From the human T2T-CHM13v2.0 reference genome, Homo sapiens, in NCBI RefSeq assembly GCF_009914755.1, contig NC_060934.1: DNA of 64,000 nt. One strand, 5' to 3'. Positions within the stretch are counted from its first letter, which is position 1. Each line of letters begins with the position of its first letter. Shown here piece after piece: positions 58,376 through 64,000 of this stretch. A program made the translations under genes and the position numbers. The notes below the pieces were generated by a model. The model was not told where the DNA came from. It was given only the letters and a program-made list of their open reading frames with translations, and did not search any database.

Positions 58376-61174
58376 ACTTCGGTACCTTTTGCACTTGTGA
58401 CCATTGGAAGTCATTTAATCTCTCTGAGTCCTAAAGGGTTGTTTCCAGGATTTTATAAAAGGTAAAACATCTAGCAGAATCCCTGGCATCGAATAATCAA
58501 TGCTTATTATGGAAAGCACTGTGACTTTGAGGACCTAAAGGAAAAAAGTTGCAACAAAAATGGGGAACCAGTAGCAAAGATAAGAGAGGCTGGGATGTGC
58601 AGAGAGAATGAATGGACACACCGGACTACTAATTCCATATATGTTTCGCCAGTGGCAGCACCAGTCCTGAATGAGGCATGGAGCCCACAGTGAGCTTGCA
58701 AGATCTTGCCAGCTCTACACTCTTCAGCAGAAAAAAGTTCGTCTGATTAAATCTCACATGTTCAGTTTCAGTGTCCCACTAGGATAATGATCTTCATTCC
58801 CTAGTCATGTTAATTTTTAATTGGCTGCCAATATTGGGGATTTGCTGAGGTAGACATTGCCCAATGTGGATCAAGGGAAATGTCATCATGAGGCAGCAAT
58901 GAGTCCATGAGTTTCCACTGCTAAATCAAAAAGAAGTGCAGGGATCAATTTTCCATTAAATGGAAGATAAATTGTTATCCAAGAGTTGATCAGAATGTGT
59001 CAATGGCTAAATATAGAGCAGAAAGCACACATTATTCATTATCAGCTTGAATTAATTCAAGGACAAGTAGATATTCACTAGCTCTCCTAAAGAAATGAAC
59101 AAAAAAAAGCAACAACAGTAATTTTTAAAAATCCAGTGGGTTCTAAAACTGCTATTTGTACATATTAAATAATAGCCCAGTGATTAAATTTGCATGTAAT
59201 CAGGCAGATGTGAGTCAAAGCGTAACATCCACAACCTGCTACCTTTATAATCTGGAGAAATTACCTAAACTTCTCTAAATTTTAAAAAATACACCTGCAA
59301 AATGGAGATAATTATAATTTGAATTATACAAGATTATTGTAAAAATCAAATGACAAATGCAGGCAAATGATGTAACACAGTCTGACACGTATCAAGAGCT
59401 TAATAGCTGTGAGTTTCTGTTATTTTACACTTGCATATCAGTGCTGAATCCCTAAGATAATCATAAATATAAATAAATTTCCTAAGCCCCAGCTAGGAAC
59501 AAAAACAAATCATCATTCTTAAGTCCAGGGTTTTACCTATACAGCATCTCTTAATGAAAGGTTGTTTTCATTCTCATACCCTGTCATTCGTAAACTAAAG
59601 ATTTCAATGACTCACTCCTTCACATTACCTTTGAAAAATGAAGTGTTCTTCCAAATTTGACATTCTATTTATAAAAATACACGAAGGAAATGTGTTTAAA
59701 ATTAACATTCTAAGACCTTAATGTCACTTGCTGAATAGCTTGACAATTATTTTTGTTTCTTGAGAAGCATGATTACTCCCAAGTTGTTCATAGATTTAAA
59801 CAGATAACATTGCCATAAAATCAGAGAACATTCTCAGTCAAGGGTATGAAGATAAAAGATTTCCTATGGGAGAGGCGATTATTGAGTGGTGTTCCTGGCT
59901 GTATAATGGTATGTTTCAACTTTAAGAAATTGACTCCCCAAACCTATGTTTATTAACTGCAATGAAATATAAGCAACTCTAGGGTTATATTCATCTAGGA
60001 AGATATAAAACAAATGAATGGGGAAAAGAAAAAGTCTTCTGGCCAGGATTGTCAGAGACTGCATATGGAGTGAGAAATAAAAAAATGAAAAGAGGTCAGC
60101 TGCAGTACTTAACAAAAACCAGTTTGGACAGTTAAAGAAAGCATACCAAATCAGAATAGCCATCTTGTTTTACATAGTATTATTTTGTTTTTGTAAAAAA
60201 GGTAAATGATAATTGAAATATTTAAAAACTTCAAAATAAGTTTAAAAACAACTTACAAATACCATACTCACCAAAATAAATGCATACTCTCACACCTCGA
60301 ACATTATTTCACATATTCCTCTGGTCTCGATCTCCATATACATGCGTACATATAATTTTAACAGAGGACAGTACTATATATGTGATTTTTATAAATTTTT
60401 AAAATAAGTCATTATTCAACTTAGCAAATATAGTTTTATATTATAATTTTAAGTGATGGATAATATTTCATTGTATTTATATTCTCAAATTTATTTGCAA
60501 ATTTTTTAAGGAAATGTGGTTCAATTTTGGTTTTTCTGATATTAGAAACTATAGTGGTTGGATGTGTGCACACCTCCTTTCACCTGTGTAATAATTTTAT
60601 TGAGTCAAAGCATAGACACCATTCCTTAAGGAAAGCCACCGTAAAAATAAATAAAATCAGGTCACCTTGATTCTAGTCCTAGGTAAAATTTCATTCATTC
60701 TCTACATCTTTGTCTCAGTTTGCATGCTGGTAAAGTGAGAAAGTTAAGAACGCTGTTTAAGGTCTTTTTCAGCTCCAGACTTTGGGGTATAAAAATAGAG
60801 AGGGGCTGAAACAGTAATTTGAAAGTGACCGGTAAGTAACACAATGAGGATATCAAAATATAAATTCATCTTCCACAGTCAAAGAGGCATCAGAGGAGCT
60901 GGGTTATAATCTCAGTTCATATAATGAAACTTCAATAAAATATATTGGATTAAGTCTTATAACCATTTTTTAAATGGGGAAATCAAAGCCCAGAGATGGA
61001 GAACTTTCCCCTAAATTTTGTAACTAGCTAGTGTCAAATCCATTGGCTCAAGCCAGATTTCAAGACTCTGATGCACGGCTTTAAGCACCAACAAAACTGC
61101 TGATTAAAGAAAAGTCATGAGGTGCTAAATTAATGTCAAAACATATTACAGTTCAAAAGGGGCATGGGCAAGCA

Positions 61175-61625
61175 ATTTGGAGAACATTATGCTAAGTGAA
61201 TTGAGCCAGGCACAGAAAGCCAAATGCCACATGATCTCACTTTTATGTAGAATTTTTTAAAAAGTCAAAGTTTGACTATTAGTAAAAGTCAAACTCGAAG
61301 AAATAAAGAGTGGACTGGTGGTTACCAGGGCTGTGGTGGAGGGAGAGTGGAGATAGGCAGTTATTGGTTAAGGGGCACAAAATTTTAGTTAGACAGAAGA
61401 AAGAAATTTTTGAGATCTATTGCACAACAGGATGGATTGGATATTTCAAAATAGCTAATAAAATTTCAAATCTCTCACCACAAAACAATATTAAGTGAGG
61501 TGATGAATATGTTGATCGGCTTAACTTAATCATTCCATATTCTACAAATATATAAAAATATCACATAAGTATTTCATTAATGTCTACAATTATGATTTGC
61601 CAACTAAAATATTGCCAACAATAAA
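61175..61625 (+). mobile_element. L1MA-type 3'UTR
   Basis: aacattatgctaagtgaa...ccaggcacagaaag...ggtggttaccagg...gagatctattgcacaaca. Confidence 0.8.
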
Positions 61626-61688
61626 GAAAATGATAAAATCTAAATGAAAAACATGAATAGGACTTAAAAGAAAAATCGCTATAGAAAT

Positions 61689-61691
<3 letters not shown>

Positions 61692-61728
<37 letters not shown>

Positions 61729-61742
61729 CGCGCGTGCATGTG
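61692..61742. repeat. (TG)n(CG)7 alternating purine-pyrimidine microsatellite
   Basis: Direct reading of the sequence. Confidence 0.95.
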
Positions 61743-64000
61743 AATCAAAGAAAACCAATGCCAAATATCACTTTTGGCCTGTAAAATTTTCAAATTTTAT
61801 TATTTTAGAAAACACACACATGGCATGGTTGACATTGGGCAAAAGAATATGTACTTGCCAATTCTTTCAAATGACTAAACATGTCCATACCTTTAGTTCA
61901 ATATTTCTAACTTTGGAAATTATCTTTAAAAAGTGTTCATAAATAGACATAAATGTTTATAAGCCATGATCATGGTGAAAAATGAAAAACAGTCTAAATT
62001 CCTAAAACAGGTCATTGACTAAATTAAATATACAGGGCCAAATAATATGCCCCATTAAAAAGCAAGATTATAAAATATTTGAGATTAGTTAATATTTGAT
62101 AGTGAGGAAGAGGTTTTTAAAAATTTAGAGGTAGTATGGCTCCAATATTTTAAGAAATAGTTATATCCAAATCAAGCGAACATACCTGCACACACAAAAT
62201 ATGTGCATTTTAAAATTTTCTTTTTTTCTTTACTATTTTCTTCATTTTCCAAATTTCTGCAGTGTATTTGTATAGATATAATCAGAAAAATAACGAATAA
62301 TACTTTTATAGCCCATTGTCAGGAGAGCAGTTTAGGGAACAAAATTATTTGTGCATAATATAGCCACTGTACATTGGACTTAACAATGATTACTTCATCT
62401 TAGTTAACAAACCTAAACTAAGATGTTTTCACGTCTGGGTCAAGATCAAATAAATTACCAATCTTGGTCTATTCCTCTAGCCATATATACCAAATATTTC
62501 AAAAGATCCTCCCTTTCTGATATTTTGGTATATAGCAATGACATCAAACAGAATTATTTAATGTACAGTAGATGCCCAAATCCTTTAAGATATTTAGTTG
62601 GTCTATCTCCAATAAGACCAACTAAATTCCGTGAAGGCGAAAGAGATCTACCCCATCGAGGTCTCTAACCCACAAACTCTCAAAACACAATTACTCCCTG
62701 GTGATCTCATCCTTCTCCTTGCTGCATGAATCCCTACCTAATTTTTCCTCCTGACAATTTCTCAAGGTGTGTTTGGGTAGTCTTTGAGCTATATCTCTTG
62801 TAATTATCATCAGAAGTGGGATATGCCTAAAAATGACAACATAGGAACATGTACCATTTAACATGAATCAGGAGAGCAGATGTGTGTTGCTGGACTCCAA
62901 CTGAAATCTCGGCTCATCCCAGTCTTGTATTTTCAGGAACTCAACAACTGCGGTCTCTGTCTCCTTATATTATCTGTTATTCAGTAAAATTTTGATTATT
63001 CCATTTTATTTATTTATACTAACTAATCTTGATAACTTTTCTCTTAGTACAATAAATTCCCATTTAGAACAACATTATTTATATAAATGCGATTTTAGGA
63101 TTTAGAGCCCAGTTCTCATCACCTTCACTCATCAATTTACTTCACTGTGCAAATTTACCTCCCAACACTACATAAATAATCTTGCTAACTAAGCATGCCA
63201 AAACAAGAAGCTCTGATGATCTGCTGCTTAATAATGTCCTGAAGAAATCTCTATCGTCTCACCTATGTGACCTTTCCTACTATTATCACCCTGAAAGAAG
63301 GCATGTTGTGAGGAATTAATGATTGGCACATTTTGGAGAATTTTAAGGATATAAACAGATTTGAACTTGTTTTAAGGATATAACCCATCTGAACCTGTTT
63401 CCTCACCAGAAATATGGAGATGATAGTTCTTGCCTGGCTTTCCTCCCAGGTTTATTGTTAAAATTCTAAGGATACAAACACATGGACATGACCAACATAT
63501 TGAGACAGCCAGGCATTATCTCGATATGATGGTGCATTGGAAAGTCAGGGTGTGTTTAGTGAAAATATTTAAAGAAAATATGTTTCAGAGTCATATAGTA
63601 AAAATTTCCATGTAGACATCTTCGTACAGGTTGAACACTACAATTACTAAAGCCAATCTTCCTTATTTACCATAAGCAGAACTCTCCCACGTACAACAGA
63701 AGACAAGCCTAAGCTAATTGTAAGGAAGGAGACTAATTTTAGATTCCCCGATAAGAAAGTGTCTTTAACCAAGAATTACACAGAAATAGAATAGCTCAAC
63801 TTAACTACAGAAATATTCAATCTGAAGTAGGATGAGCATAGAAGAGTATGGCAGATTGTATTCATGTATCCTAACATATTGACCATCTTATGGAGATATT
63901 GGCATTTCCATACTGACAGCTGAAGTCTAAATTCTTTCCCCGTGAATCTGAATGAGTCTATAAACTAAGGCAGATGTTAATCTATGCCATTTCCAAGTCA

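Noticed and set aside
58821-58831. TTGGCTGCCAA palindrome as an NFI site
   Set aside because: Spacer is 1 nt rather than the 5 nt of the canonical TTGGC-N5-GCCAA.

Overview
Primate, most likely human, AT-rich, repeat-dense intergenic or intronic DNA. No intact cellular protein-coding gene is supportable, and I found no evidence of an undescribed multi-gene system. Main contents: (1) An old processed pseudogene of PTGES3/p23 (~2350-4085, +) with 5'UTR, decayed CDS, 3'UTR and poly(A) remnant, carrying an unexplained ~200-bp insert at its start codon. (2) A near-full-length young LINE-1 (~16833-22850, -) with ACG/A 3'UTR diagnostics. ORF1, ORF2 and ORF0 are all disrupted, and a ~18-20-nt 5' truncation removes the YY1 site. 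It sits in an AT-rich tract bounded by inverted Alu-tail copies, all nested in an ancient L1M. (3) A twin-primed 5'-inverted L1PA2/3 with a 17-bp TSD (56064-56976). (4) Several solo LTRs, Tigger3 and MER DNA transposon fossils, ~14 Alus, older L1/L2/MIR fragments and microsatellites. Structure not explained by these includes a perfect 32-bp-stem hairpin inside a heavily decayed L1 (25960-26044), a strong candidate + strand exon (57223-57361) and several small template-switch-like inverted repeats. Repeat subfamily names come from recalled consensus sequences, not from a RepeatMasker run.
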